Source of the DNA: an uncultured virus (IMG/VR IMGVR_UViG_3300010391_001807)
Lineage: Duplodnaviria > Heunggongvirae > Uroviricota > Caudoviricetes
IMG/VR virus record: IMGVR_UViG_3300010391_001807
Reading direction: 5' to 3' (one strand)
Length of the DNA stretch: 64,000 nt
Position 1 is the first letter of the stretch. Each line of letters begins with the position of its first letter. The position numbers were made by a program, and so were the translations under genes. Under the pieces are notes generated by a model that worked only from the letters and a program-made list of their open reading frames with translations, was not told the origin of the DNA and made no database searches. Positions 9,315-20,547 of the stretch are shown here, one piece after another.

Positions 9315-12300
9315 TTAAGGAGTGCTGGTATCCACGACTAGAGTTGGGGTGAACAAAGGGTAAGTACCATATATTCTGATTCTTTTATAACACAAATTGC
9401 CAATGGCGTTGATAAAGTATAAAGTTATCTCTCCTTCAGAAGTAATGAAAGCACCAATTCTTTGCTGTGGTACATCACTAGAATTATTATATTTTAAAAT
9501 TCTAATAGCAGCATAAACATTAGAACCAGCAGTTTTTGCTCCCCAGTTATTTGACTTCCCAGATACAGAATAAGAATCATATGTATCTTCAGTAAAACTA
9601 GGTGTAGTATCTGAAGCATCACTACCTTCAGACCATTGTTTAGCAAGCCATTGTTCCAAACCACTAGTAACTTTTCTATCAGTGAAGGCAGTATCTCCCT
9701 CAACCATATATAAAAAGTTTAAACTATTATGATAAGGTTCTAAATTCTCAAATTTCTTACTAGCATCCACCATTTTGAATCTCTCTAAAGTAGTCCCCGG
9801 ATGTGGCAATAAACGCATGAATATCTTCCCTCCAGCCCAGAAAAACAACATGTAAATTTTAGTATGATCATTATATAACACGACCATATGTTTTGTCTGG
9901 AATGAAGTATCATTAGGGGCTAAATTTATTACCCCTCCAGCACGGTTATAACCCAAATCAGCCACTGGGAAAGGTTCTCCAAACCAATAACCACTATTAT
10001 GACTTTCTCGACAAAATACTTTCCCTAAAGCATTTTTGGCCTCGTCATGATTAGTAGTCAATAAACTATAGAATACATATATATAACCCCGAGGGTCAAC
10101 AAATAAATCAGGGAAAGATTCATCGGCGGCTAATGGCTTCCCGCCAGAACCCAAATTATTAAATCGACCAGGATTTACTGTTTTATTCAATGTGTCTTGA
10201 GTTGGAGAAAATACTTGTGCGGCAGTAGGCATGGATGTGATCCAACTATCCTCAGTAACTTGTCCATCAACAAAAAATAGAGGCCCCACGGCAGCAGAAT
10301 CAGTCCCAAAAACCAATCCTGGATTCATTCTCTTTAATACAATCATTCCACCCTGAGATGTATTTTTAAAATTATTGGCTCTATAACCAGCAAAATAAAG
10401 TGAATAATCCGTCAAATCAACAGCCCCTCCTATCATTTTCATGTCAGAATTGAATACTACTTTACCAGTTGAACCATAAAAATTATTACCAAAAGGATTT
10501 TGCCAATTCTGAGACGTGCCATCATAATTTACTAGCATAACAATGTTAGACTGTTGATTATCAGAATCAAATTGATCATCTTCATAGAAAAGATAACGGG
10601 GTTGAGCATTACCTCCATAAAACCTTCTGGCCAGTTGTACATCTGGGGACGCTGTTATAATCAAGGGGTTTTTCCCTGAAACAATATTTGTGCCACCAGT
10701 CCTGACAATAAACTCCGGCATACCTCTATCTGGAGTATTATAGGCAGGATTTTGGAATACAGATAAGAAATTTGTAGCTGAGGCAGCCCCACCGACCTCT
10801 ATCCTTTGACGAGCTAACAAACTTTCGTTGCCCAACAACTCAGATTGGCGATTCGCACTAACACTTGCTACAGATTGAGTACCAACGGCAGTTCTGACTC
10901 GCATTGCTTTCTGGGATGTTTCATCGGCACTAAAATTACTGCCACTATTAGGGTTGGCTTGTAAAAGACCAGCCTGATCTATAATTTCAAAACAAGCCCC
11001 TTGAGGCATTTCAATGAACCAAAATGGGGAAAACATCCAGCCATATAAATACCAAAAACTAGTTTTCATTAATGAGGTAGGGACTAATGAATATAAAACC
11101 AAACTGGCAGCATCAGGCACAAAATAATAATCTGCACTCCCAAAAGTCCTACTAGTTGTCAATGGTAATCCTTCATACCAATCAGCATTACCACGAGAGA
11201 ATCCTGGTTTGGGGCCACCAGTAATGTCTAAAGTAGCTCCATTAAATGATATTCTAAAACCATCAAAATCTATGCATGTAAACCCTGAATGAAAATTTTG
11301 AGGATTCCGAGATGAAACATTAGTCGAGATGGTTCTATTTTTAAAAGCATAAACATGAACTCTAAGCATCAGTCTTGAATTGGGGTCTGTGATGACTGTT
11401 GCTGCTGTCGTGCTAGCCTCCAAGGTAAGATTACCAGTAAACTCAGCATTGCCATCATTCCCCGAAGTATCAATTAAGAACCAGTTTGTTCTGACCAAAC
11501 TATAAGAAGTTAAATCGTCACTCCCTGCGGCCAATAATTCAAAATACACCCAGGCATTAAATAATGAGTTATTAGTGAAGAAATTAGCATCAACTTTAAA
11601 TATTGTGGTCGGGTTGATGACTGATCCACCTACTAAAGTTGATGTTTGGTCCGAAGTAAAAACCGCCATGTCTCCATATTGAAATTTACTAGCATCCAGG
11701 ACTCCAACATTATTTCTCGTAGCGGCAACGCTCAGTCTGCCTCCATTAATAATGGTGTCTGTGTCATGGGCTAATAAACCATAAGCATTTAATCCATTGT
11801 AACCACCGGCCCCACTGCTAGGTGGGGTGAAACGAGTATATGCATTGTTTTTGGTGGGCGTAGTCAAATCCAAAAAATTACCCCATAATTCATAATCTCT
11901 AAATGGTGGCGGAGCATATGTCTCTCCATTTGCCGCCGCCCGAGATTGAGAATCTGAGGCTGCATTATCTGCGTTTATGGAAGCCTGCGATACACCACAA
12001 GATTGAGTAGTTAAGTAATTATACGATAGCACTGTATAAGCTAACACATAAGGGTCTTGTTGAGGCAAAATCACCCCTGACCTAACCTCAGTTATCATGG
12101 TTTGGAAATTAGCCTCGGTTTCACCAGACCAAGATAATTCGACTGCAGGATAATTCAAATCTGTCGATGGATTATATTTTGCACCTGTAGCCACAGGAAC
12201 ATTGGCTGCCCATACTTGGACTACTAATCGTACCAAACCAACCCCAGGCATCTTTTTAGCTAGATCAAAAAGTATTTGTTTATTGAATGGGTCATTTGGC

Positions 12301-14741
12301 TTAATGACAGTTATAGCAGGATCACTGTCAGCCCCATATAAAACATTCCAAGTAGTATCATAAGCAATAGATGTCTCAGTTAAAAATGGTGTCGCAATGA
12401 CCTGAGATGTAGTAGGCGGTGGGCCTGCCATGAAAACCATCCCGGTATCCCCATCCCGAGATTGATGTTCAAAATGAAATTCAACTGCATGGCCCCACAA
12501 ATCAGTACCATTAATGATGGATGGATCAATATCTGTTGGTACAAAGCCAAATCTAAAGAATAATTGGGTTTGTATTTTTAAAGAACTATCTGTTTTGGCA
12601 ACTAATCTTAATCTCCAATTTCCCACATACATGTGAATTAATGGCCCAATGGCCCGTTCATCAGAAATAAAAGTGGATAGATGATTATTGTTGTCATTAC
12701 AAATTTGACTCAAAGGAACTGCATTCCCTGGTAAAATATTATTGGTTTTCGGTTTAGCAAATACTGAAATTTTTTCAGGGCCTTGGAAAGATGATGACTG
12801 ATTCACCGCCATGTCAAATGCCCCAATCCCTGACTGATTAGTTTTCGGAGCACCATGAATAAATGGTGTCAACCCACCTGTATACGTCTTCGAGAAGCTA
12901 TCTTGATTAAAATTAGTGACTCCGAAGGCATCTATGGTTGCAAATGTATAATTATCATTCTCAGTCCCCGTTTCATCATAACATAGTACCTTAGTGCCAT
13001 TCGTTGGACCAACAGGAAATGTTGAAAGAATCAAAATCATATCTGGCGATGCCTGTTTTAAACAAGCAACACCAACAGTCTGTTTGGCGAAACCAAATTG
13101 GCCTGAATAAATAGCTTTGCCAGGGTCTCCATGCTGATTAGACAAAAATTGGAATGTTAAGGTTTGTTGTCCTACCAATGGGCTTATATATTGCATATAA
13201 ACCATATCAGTATCAGTCCCTATCCCAGCCACGATGCCCACCAAACTCAATGCTGCCAAAACAAACGGGCTTGTTCCAGGCTGGGCCGCTACTGCCAAAC
13301 CATAATAAAATCTCACCCCATGAGCTACCCCTAACCCTACTATATCTGGATGATATATCTTAAAATAGAAAGTAGATACCCTATCGCCAAACCCTTCTCC
13401 GGGATTAGATGACAACACCTTGCCCCGGCTTGGTTGAACCATAGGAGTATAAGCACTAACCATTACAGCCTGACTAATACGCCAAGCATAACCAAAAATT
13501 TGACAAGGCAATTGAGACTCAACTGTGACAGGAACCGGCTCTCCCCCTATGGTCTTCGTTTCCAAATGTTGAGGAACAGCATTACATTGTAAAGCATCAT
13601 AAACCCTCAGGCCAGTAACCATCGCATTCCAACTACCATATTTCCCATTATTAAAAGGTTGGGCATATAAGGCATCGGGGCGAGGAACAATTTTCCCCGT
13701 TGAATCTTGTTGCACATTCATTACTCTCCAACTGGGACAAATCAAAAACCCTAATAGTTCTGGGAAATAATCACTTAAAGTCCAGTATTGGCCACTTAAT
13801 CTAATATTAACCCTTCTTCTAGAAGTAATTTCCCATGCTTGCTCACTGGGGTTTCTAGGATTAAAAGATTCCTTTTCATTAGTAATTCCTAATTCAGCAA
13901 AGGTAGTAGTATTTGCAGTATCAGTACCAGAATGAACATACAATGGTAGAAAAACTCCTGTCAACTGACCAGTTCCTAATGTTAATTCAATGGCAGACAA
14001 AGCAGATAATGTGGCAGCATCAGTGACCTGTTGGACAGGATTAGATGGAGGTCCCCAATACATATCACCCCCTTGAGGGCGAGATGTGTCCCACCATAAA
14101 CCACTACTAATGGTATTTTGGTTAGCCACGCCAATCAATGCGAAAGGAGGATTTTCAGCACCACTTAATTGGGTGTCTCCTTGTTCGGGGTACCAATCGG
14201 TTCCAGTAGCTAAGGTATACTCTATCTCAATTGATGCTATCTTACCATTCCCCATCCCATCAGTATTAAAAAAGAAAAAAGGATTAGTAGCTAAATCAAA
14301 AGAACTAAAACCAAAACCATCAGCCACTGGAGGATGATATATGTCTTGAGCAATAGCCCTAGAATTTCTTCTTACTCCAAGTCTCATAAATGGGGACGCC
14401 AAATAATAAGGGGCTACAGAACCAGGATCGGCTGAATACAATTGAATATTACTATTCGGCGAAGCCCCTCCTTTATCAACTGTCCCATCAGCCTTGCGTA
14501 ATCCTCGACAAACTATTTCAAAAGCTTGCCTGCCAACATAACTTGTACCATTAACAATCTGAGTATCCTCAGGATTATTATAGAAAAGCTCAGGAAGGAT
14601 GTTTTGCTGACGCCCATAATCAATGACTGGTATGTCATACGCCTGAGTGACACCAAAATTTGCCGCTGAGGTAGAGGCATAATCGTCAGGTATCCATTTA
14701 TAGGATCCTCTATTTAAATAAGGAAAATACTCATCGGCCAT
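9315..14741 (-). CDS. Very large virion structural (baseplate/tail) protein
   Basis: 1808-aa beta-rich ORF with a BNR/Asp-box-like motif (CRESHNSGYWF) near the C-terminus. Confidence 0.55.
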   Translation of the reverse strand: MADEYFPYLNRGSYKWIPDDYASTSAANFGVTQAYDIPVIDYGRQQNILPELFYNNPEDTQIVNGTSYVGRQAFEIVCRGLRKADGTVDKGGASPNSNIQLYSADPGSVAPYYLASPFMRLGVRRNSRAIAQDIYHPPVADGFGFSSFDLATNPFFFFNTDGMGNGKIASIEIEYTLATGTDWYPEQGDTQLSGAENPPFALIGVANQNTISSGLWWDTSRPQGGDMYWGPPSNPVQQVTDAATLSALSAIELTLGTGQLTGVFLPLYVHSGTDTANTTTFAELGITNEKESFNPRNPSEQAWEITSRRRVNIRLSGQYWTLSDYFPELLGFLICPSWRVMNVQQDSTGKIVPRPDALYAQPFNNGKYGSWNAMVTGLRVYDALQCNAVPQHLETKTIGGEPVPVTVESQLPCQIFGYAWRISQAVMVSAYTPMVQPSRGKVLSSNPGEGFGDRVSTFYFKIYHPDIVGLGVAHGVRFYYGLAVAAQPGTSPFVLAALSLVGIVAGIGTDTDMVYMQYISPLVGQQTLTFQFLSNQHGDPGKAIYSGQFGFAKQTVGVACLKQASPDMILILSTFPVGPTNGTKVLCYDETGTENDNYTFATIDAFGVTNFNQDSFSKTYTGGLTPFIHGAPKTNQSGIGAFDMAVNQSSSFQGPEKISVFAKPKTNNILPGNAVPLSQICNDNNNHLSTFISDERAIGPLIHMYVGNWRLRLVAKTDSSLKIQTQLFFRFGFVPTDIDPSIINGTDLWGHAVEFHFEHQSRDGDTGMVFMAGPPPTTSQVIATPFLTETSIAYDTTWNVLYGADSDPAITVIKPNDPFNKQILFDLAKKMPGVGLVRLVVQVWAANVPVATGAKYNPSTDLNYPAVELSWSGETEANFQTMITEVRSGVILPQQDPYVLAYTVLSYNYLTTQSCGVSQASINADNAASDSQSRAAANGETYAPPPFRDYELWGNFLDLTTPTKNNAYTRFTPPSSGAGGYNGLNAYGLLAHDTDTIINGGRLSVAATRNNVGVLDASKFQYGDMAVFTSDQTSTLVGGSVINPTTIFKVDANFFTNNSLFNAWVYFELLAAGSDDLTSYSLVRTNWFLIDTSGNDGNAEFTGNLTLEASTTAATVITDPNSRLMLRVHVYAFKNRTISTNVSSRNPQNFHSGFTCIDFDGFRISFNGATLDITGGPKPGFSRGNADWYEGLPLTTSRTFGSADYYFVPDAASLVLYSLVPTSLMKTSFWYLYGWMFSPFWFIEMPQGACFEIIDQAGLLQANPNSGSNFSADETSQKAMRVRTAVGTQSVASVSANRQSELLGNESLLARQRIEVGGAASATNFLSVFQNPAYNTPDRGMPEFIVRTGGTNIVSGKNPLIITASPDVQLARRFYGGNAQPRYLFYEDDQFDSDNQQSNIVMLVNYDGTSQNWQNPFGNNFYGSTGKVVFNSDMKMIGGAVDLTDYSLYFAGYRANNFKNTSQGGMIVLKRMNPGLVFGTDSAAVGPLFFVDGQVTEDSWITSMPTAAQVFSPTQDTLNKTVNPGRFNNLGSGGKPLAADESFPDLFVDPRGYIYVFYSLLTTNHDEAKNALGKVFCRESHNSGYWFGEPFPVADLGYNRAGGVINLAPNDTSFQTKHMVVLYNDHTKIYMLFFWAGGKIFMRLLPHPGTTLERFKMVDASKKFENLEPYHNSLNFLYMVEGDTAFTDRKVTSGLEQWLAKQWSEGSDASDTTPSFTEDTYDSYSVSGKSNNWGAKTAGSNVYAAIRILKYNNSSDVPQQRIGAFITSEGEITLYFINAIGNLCYKRIRIYGTYPLFTPTLVVDTSTP

Positions 14742-16432
14742 TAAATTCCCTCGCAGGCTTTCTTCAGCGTTGCCTCACTTGTGTTTTGAGCGAGATCAGT
14801 CATTTGACTGAGTAGATCAACAGTTAAACCATCTATATATTTATCCAATTGTTCCCCAACATAACCTTTAATATCGTCATTAACCATATTTTGGACTACA
14901 AGTTGCTTGATTTCCTTGGCGTCAGTTTCACTTACTATATTCCCAGATGAAGTCATAATTTGATCAGGTGAAAAATTTTGAGTAGGATTTTCAACAGATT
15001 CTGGAAGATTATTAAAAGTTTGATTAATTTCTTTTGAATCACTAGATGTCATTGGAAAATTATTGAGACTTTCTTGTAATTGAGGTCTTTGTGCATCATA
15101 AAAAATATTTGACTGTTCTACCTTATTATTAAAACTATTATCAACATACTCCACATTGCTCATCCCATTACTTTCTAATGGTTCTTGCATAGAAACATCA
15201 TTAGTGACTGGTGGAGGTGGAGCAACATATGGTTGCGATGCAATGGGGGCCTGGGTTGCTGGTTGTATCACATCACCGATAGTAGCTTCAGCAGACGCCT
15301 GCGAGATAGGAGCCGTAAAATTCGATTGTATGTCTGGGGCAGTTTCACTTGTTGGAATGGATGGTTCAATGTTAGCTAGGATGGGAGCGTCACGAGTTAT
15401 TTCAGATAACGGTGGCTGCATATCAACAGTTGGTGGCTGAGGCTCTGGAGTGGCTAATATATTACTATCTATAGCAACTTCTGGTTCTGGGATATCTGGG
15501 GCAACATTTGGTAAAATACCTTGCTCCAAAGGAGCGGCTGGAGAAGTAACTCTTTCGGGCGTTTCCAAAGATGCAGTAATGGCTGGCTGTGTTGCCACTG
15601 TTTCAGGAGCCATTGCACCCGCTGGAGTATTATCCATAGTTGGAATGTTTTCACTCAAATCTAACTGAGCAGATTGATTAGCAAGATTCTCCGGGATATC
15701 TAAAGATGGAGCAATGTCTGGCTGCATTGCGTCTGGGATTAATGGAGCCACTTGTGATTGGACTACCTGTTCATTCATAGTTGGAATGTTTTCACTCAAA
15801 TCTAACTGAGCAGGTTGATTAGCAAGATTTTCCGGGATTTCTAAAGATAGAGCAATGTCTGGCTGCATTGTGTATGGGATTAATGGAGCCGCTTGTAATG
15901 GAGCTATCGCTTGTTCATTAATCATTGGAGTTGGAACAGCAATTTCTGGTACATTCTCTGTTGAAACATCTTGTGAAGTGAGATTCTCAAGTGACAAAAG
16001 ATTTTCGGGATTATCAGCATTAAAATCGGGGATTTCACCCGTGTCGTTCGTGGTGGCAATATTGGAACGAGTATTATCAGGAATGTTATTAACTATTCCA
16101 TCAACATACTCTCTATTAATACCCATACTTTCAAAATCAGTTGTTTGTTCCAAAGAGGATGGAGTAGAACCACTTAAATGTGGAAAATTGGTATCCGAAG
16201 ACCCTTCTTTCTTGTAAGGTAAAGTAGATGATAAAAATGATATGGCATCACCCGAAAGGGCTCCAGTCAAAGGTAGGTCTTTCGGGCCTTGTTGTAATTC
16301 ATAGTTATTTTCATTATCTAAAAAAGCACCATTAATGGATGAATCGTCTATGGATTGATAGGGGACCATAAGTGAGACATCATCAAACGATGATACCATG
16401 GAATTATCCCTATTATCAGGTCCTTGTGGCAT
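14741..16432 (-). CDS. Acidic Pro/Gln-rich, probably disordered protein with internal 47-aa repeat
   Basis: 563-aa ORF, very low in basic residues, coupled to the downstream gene. Confidence 0.6.
   Translation of the reverse strand: MPQGPDNRDNSMVSSFDDVSLMVPYQSIDDSSINGAFLDNENNYELQQGPKDLPLTGALSGDAISFLSSTLPYKKEGSSDTNFPHLSGSTPSSLEQTTDFESMGINREYVDGIVNNIPDNTRSNIATTNDTGEIPDFNADNPENLLSLENLTSQDVSTENVPEIAVPTPMINEQAIAPLQAAPLIPYTMQPDIALSLEIPENLANQPAQLDLSENIPTMNEQVVQSQVAPLIPDAMQPDIAPSLDIPENLANQSAQLDLSENIPTMDNTPAGAMAPETVATQPAITASLETPERVTSPAAPLEQGILPNVAPDIPEPEVAIDSNILATPEPQPPTVDMQPPLSEITRDAPILANIEPSIPTSETAPDIQSNFTAPISQASAEATIGDVIQPATQAPIASQPYVAPPPPVTNDVSMQEPLESNGMSNVEYVDNSFNNKVEQSNIFYDAQRPQLQESLNNFPMTSSDSKEINQTFNNLPESVENPTQNFSPDQIMTSSGNIVSETDAKEIKQLVVQNMVNDDIKGYVGEQLDKYIDGLTVDLLSQMTDLAQNTSEATLKKACEGI
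15635..15890. repeat. 141-bp intragenic tandem duplication
   Basis: catagttggaatgttttcactcaaatctaactgagcag at 15635 and 15776; encodes MQPDIA.SL.IPENLANQ.AQLDLSENIPTM twice. Confidence 0.85.
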
Positions 16433-16447
16433 ATCTGCATTCCTTTT

Positions 16448-18583
16448 TTATACGCCCAAAAATTCTTGGGCTTCCCCTTGCAATTGTGGTTTTGCTGACC
16501 TTTCTATCTGAGAAAGAGCATCTGAGGCTCTATCTAATGCCTGCATTCTTAATTTAGCTTGCATCGCAGCAGTTTGTTGTGGATTAGCCCCCTGTAATTT
16601 ATCCGCAGCCTGCATCAAAAAATAAGCCTCTTGGGCCTGGGATGCACCTAATGGAAGTCTGCCAATTGTAGAACCAAAATTTCTTTCTAAGAAATTACTT
16701 TGACTTTCTAAAACATCGGTAACAGTAGCCTTCTGGAACTGTTGCATTAATTGATCTTTAACAGTCAAAGATCTTAAAACATTGCGATCACGATCATATT
16801 GAAACTCTTGGATAGTTAATAAAACTGACTGAATAGCATTATCAAATGTTTTAATAACACCGCTAGTTCTGAAATCACCTCCAGTTGCTTCAATAGCAAC
16901 TTGACGACGTTTTGCCAATATGTTTAGTCCTGTTTCACAAATATTTAAAATCTCATCATATTTTCCAGCAATTTCAGAAATTTTACCATTAACAGAATCT
17001 ATGACTCTGACATCGGCAACTCCCAAACTTCTAGGGTCCACACCCTCCAACCCTTTAGCAAATTCATCTAAATCTTTCTGAATGTTTTTCGCCTCTTGTT
17101 CAATTTCATTGATCCTTTGTATTCTTTCTTGATTAAAAACTAAACTCAAAGCTTCTGTTCTAGCAGCAATATTAGTATTAGATTCTATTTCTTGTTGCAT
17201 ATTATCTTTTTCCCAGGCAGCTTGGTGAGCCCCAGGACCAATGAATCCCTGCTGTGCCATAGGCCCACTCGGAGGAGCAACAGGATAAAATCTAGGTTGA
17301 CCTCCAACAACTGTTGGTCCTCCCATCGGCCCCATATATCCAGATAATCCGCCCACCTGTGCTATTTTTGTGAATTTACTTTTTTTATCTATTTTTGCAA
17401 TTTTTGTAAATCTTGAAGTAGATGATGTTTTAGGGACACCTATTCCCGGCGTGATAGCAGATGGTCCTCCTTTCCCAGTCAAAAACGAAGCGGCACTACT
17501 TCCAGAAGGGATGGCTTCGACTGCCGTTCCACGAGGGTTTAAACCTATCTCTAAGGGTGTTATCGCAACATAATGAGGGATAGCCAATGTTTCGCCAGCA
17601 ACAGATATTGCAGCCATCGCCGTAGGATTATCGAGCATATTATAAATGCCACCTAATGTAGTTCTGCCTTTTTCTAAAGCCATTAAAATACCAGGAGCAA
17701 GATCTTGATTGAATCGCAACCATGTTCTAAATCTCTGCTGTTGATAAGACATCATTTCCCGACCCTTCAAAGCAGTGGCCTTTTGCGACATGTCTGGTCT
17801 TTCCACCAAGCTATCGAGAACTCCCTTCAAACCAGTCATACTATCATTTGCTTGCATCAACTCTGGCGAAGCTATTAACTTCCAAGGATCTGTTTCATTT
17901 CCCATCAATGTTGTAGACATTGTAGCCATCCGAGCCGGAATGGTATTACTCAAACCAACGGACTGAATAAATCTTAACGGTTCTCCGGTTATTCTATTAA
18001 TCATTTGCCCCGAAGGACCCTGTACCGCATATTGAGGATCTACTGGCTGCCCTCTCATGTCTAAATATTCGGCTTGCCCTTTTTCCACGTTTCCTGCCAA
18101 AGTATCATTCAATAACCCAATCATCTGCATCATGGCCCCAGGTTTTTCTCGATTAGTATTATAGAATTGAATAATACCATTCATAACCCTGGTCATTTCG
18201 GCAGGACCGCCGTTTTCTATTCCCCGGTCCATAACCCCCATAATGGCTGCAACAACATTGGGATTCCCCCAATCCAAACGCATCTGAGAAACTTTAGAAA
18301 CAGTTTCTATGGCCCCTGGACTATCCGTCCCTCCTTTGCTTACTAATAATTTTATCATAGCACGATAAACTTCATCGTTTAAACCAGCGGCAGAAGTCTG
18401 CACGTCTTTCGCTCGTTCATATTCACCATATTGCTGCCCTTTTTGCAAAGCCTCAGGGAGTGTACTAGCTACACCACCTACAATCCCCGCCATATCTTTC
18501 ACAGTCCCCCATATTGACCCCGCCTCTGCAGCAGCGGCAGGGACCGCTTGGGCCGTTTTTTTCATATGTTTTTTATCATACAT
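16448..18583 (-). CDS. Helical Gly/Ala/Gln-rich virion protein (tape-measure-like or ejection protein)
   Basis: ~711 aa from the RBS-supported ATG at 18583; follows tube/chaperone genes; KKTAQ, TKIAK and TKIAQ motifs. Confidence 0.5.
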   Translation of the reverse strand: MYDKKHMKKTAQAVPAAAAEAGSIWGTVKDMAGIVGGVASTLPEALQKGQQYGEYERAKDVQTSAAGLNDEVYRAMIKLLVSKGGTDSPGAIETVSKVSQMRLDWGNPNVVAAIMGVMDRGIENGGPAEMTRVMNGIIQFYNTNREKPGAMMQMIGLLNDTLAGNVEKGQAEYLDMRGQPVDPQYAVQGPSGQMINRITGEPLRFIQSVGLSNTIPARMATMSTTLMGNETDPWKLIASPELMQANDSMTGLKGVLDSLVERPDMSQKATALKGREMMSYQQQRFRTWLRFNQDLAPGILMALEKGRTTLGGIYNMLDNPTAMAAISVAGETLAIPHYVAITPLEIGLNPRGTAVEAIPSGSSAASFLTGKGGPSAITPGIGVPKTSSTSRFTKIAKIDKKSKFTKIAQVGGLSGYMGPMGGPTVVGGQPRFYPVAPPSGPMAQQGFIGPGAHQAAWEKDNMQQEIESNTNIAARTEALSLVFNQERIQRINEIEQEAKNIQKDLDEFAKGLEGVDPRSLGVADVRVIDSVNGKISEIAGKYDEILNICETGLNILAKRRQVAIEATGGDFRTSGVIKTFDNAIQSVLLTIQEFQYDRDRNVLRSLTVKDQLMQQFQKATVTDVLESQSNFLERNFGSTIGRLPLGASQAQEAYFLMQAADKLQGANPQQTAAMQAKLRMQALDRASDALSQIERSAKPQLQGEAQEFLGV

Positions 18584-18615
18584 AAAAATCACCTATTTAA
18601 CTAATCACTTATATA

Positions 18616-18643
18616 TTTGCCTTAAAATAGACTTCTCACCTGC
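18616..18643 (-). promoter_or_regulatory. Conserved phage promoter motif GCAGG-N19-CAAA
   Basis: GCAGG tgagaagtctattttaagg CAAAT. Confidence 0.6.
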
Positions 18644-19323
18644 TATGACATCACCACGTCTGGAAAATGTTTTTTAGCCATGTCATGAGCATCCGTAAAA
18701 TTAGGGTCCAAACCATAGGTCCCAGCCGGTATCCCATTAGAACTCGGCTGTTCCTGAGTCTTTTGAGCAATATGCTTTGAATCTATTTCTTTAATTATTT
18801 GATATCTCAATATCTCACAATAACTCATTTTATATAGATCTTCTCTGGTTAAGGTGCCATTATATTTCATTAAATTAAACTCAATGGCTTCTGGCGGTAA
18901 AGGATAATCATCAATGGCGTCTGTTCTTAAACTAGGATCATAAACTGCTAATATCTTTCTTCTAAAATTCTTTATTTTGACAGCAGAAGATTCAGATACC
19001 TCTAAATAAGCATTATATAAAGGGACTATACTAGAAAAATGTAAAATATCAGTCCAATGAACTTCAACACCAGATGCTAAAGATTTTTTTATCAAATCTT
19101 CTTGGGTCATTTTCTTCTCACCGGATTCCATGGATAGCAAAAATTTATTGACTATTTGACCATATATCTGAGATTGATCATAAGTTAACTTATTATCCTG
19201 GTCTTCATGGATTGCATTGCTCTTTATTTCTTGTTCTTCCCACCAATAAAGAACTCTACCATGGGCGATGACATCATCCCCGTCGATATTTATTTCAATT
19301 ATAAATAAATCATTAGCTCTCAT
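18643..19323 (-). CDS. Hypothetical protein, possibly tail assembly chaperone
   Basis: 226-aa ORF directly after a tube-like gene. Confidence 0.45.
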   Translation of the reverse strand: MRANDLFIIEINIDGDDVIAHGRVLYWWEEQEIKSNAIHEDQDNKLTYDQSQIYGQIVNKFLLSMESGEKKMTQEDLIKKSLASGVEVHWTDILHFSSIVPLYNAYLEVSESSAVKIKNFRRKILAVYDPSLRTDAIDDYPLPPEAIEFNLMKYNGTLTREDLYKMSYCEILRYQIIKEIDSKHIAQKTQEQPSSNGIPAGTYGLDPNFTDAHDMAKKHFPDVVMS

Positions 19324-19338
19324 GTTATCACCATTTCA

Positions 19339-20544
19339 TTATAGCGGAGTTATACTCCCTAGCCCCTCGTCAAATTCAGATATACCTTTAACATTGGATC
19401 TAGCAATAAACTTAACCGTAACTAAAGGAGACCCAGTTGATAATTCCTCTACATGTGGCTGCCAATAAACAGCTTGCATTTCAAAAACCATTTTATCACT
19501 AAATTTCATGACTAATGGAGTTGCCCATTGTTTCTGTTGGGCCAAACCATATTTTTCTGTAAAATTAACATTGGGTGTTCCCCCTGGATTTACTCCCCAT
19601 TGATGTGTCACTGAAGATGCCAAAAATGTAAAACTGCCTGTCACTTTTCTTTCTACCACATATAATCTATCAGCCAATAGTTTGATGGGCGGATCTGATA
19701 CATAATCAGCACTATTGCCCGCAGTAGCAACGGGTTCAATGTCTTGTGTTATGTCTAAACTCATTTTAATGATCTGTGAATAGTTTAGCCCGTCAAAACT
19801 TAACCGGCAGTCTTTGATATTGGCAAAACGGCCAGCATATTGACTGGTAGTAGTGCCCACAGTAAATAAATCACCAGCATCACCTAAACCACTAGTGTTC
19901 TCATAAGCCTGTCCCTTATCTCTCAAATCAGGGGTAGTCCCAGAATAAGATAAAATAGATCTGGTAAAACCACTCCATCTATTGATTTTTTCTGTCTGAC
20001 CAGTAATCCCCCAGGTTTCCAAAGTACAATTGATTGGATTAGCACCCCCATATCCATCAGCCGAAATACTAAAATTCTTTAAAACAGAATTAAACATGTC
20101 CGCTTGCATGGAGGTATTGGTTGAAAGCATTTCAATGGCACTTTTTAGAAAAATAGATAGTTCTGGATACGCATCATTAGCCTGTTTGTTATCACTCAAA
20201 ATAATTGGAAATTCCAAATTCAAAACGAAATAATCGCTCCGTTTGGGTTTTACTCTCATTGTCCCAGGAACTGCGTCATCTGCACCAGTATATAAATCTT
20301 TGCCCAGAGTGAATTTAGCACTATCACAGGGTAAAATATGTAAGGGAGTAATAACTGGTTTATCAAAATCCGCAGCTATCCACCACGTCCTATCTTGGTT
20401 CTGTGGGTCCCCAGCTTGTAATCCAGGCACAGACATGGATACCGCTGAAAAACGGGGATGCGGCGTGTAATGTGCTATGCGAACATAGCCCCGAGTACCA
20501 GTTGCACTATGAAATACACTAGTGTTGGGTATAGGATTGGCCAT
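19339..20544 (-). CDS. Tail tube-like protein (paralog 2)
   Basis: C-terminal IIKMSLDITQDIEPV...ERKVTGSFTF...LVTVKFIA pattern typical of tube folds; similar to 21111-22289. Confidence 0.55.
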   Translation of the reverse strand: MANPIPNTSVFHSATGTRGYVRIAHYTPHPRFSAVSMSVPGLQAGDPQNQDRTWWIAADFDKPVITPLHILPCDSAKFTLGKDLYTGADDAVPGTMRVKPKRSDYFVLNLEFPIILSDNKQANDAYPELSIFLKSAIEMLSTNTSMQADMFNSVLKNFSISADGYGGANPINCTLETWGITGQTEKINRWSGFTRSILSYSGTTPDLRDKGQAYENTSGLGDAGDLFTVGTTTSQYAGRFANIKDCRLSFDGLNYSQIIKMSLDITQDIEPVATAGNSADYVSDPPIKLLADRLYVVERKVTGSFTFLASSVTHQWGVNPGGTPNVNFTEKYGLAQQKQWATPLVMKFSDKMVFEMQAVYWQPHVEELSTGSPLVTVKFIARSNVKGISEFDEGLGSITPL

Positions 20545-20547
20545 TAT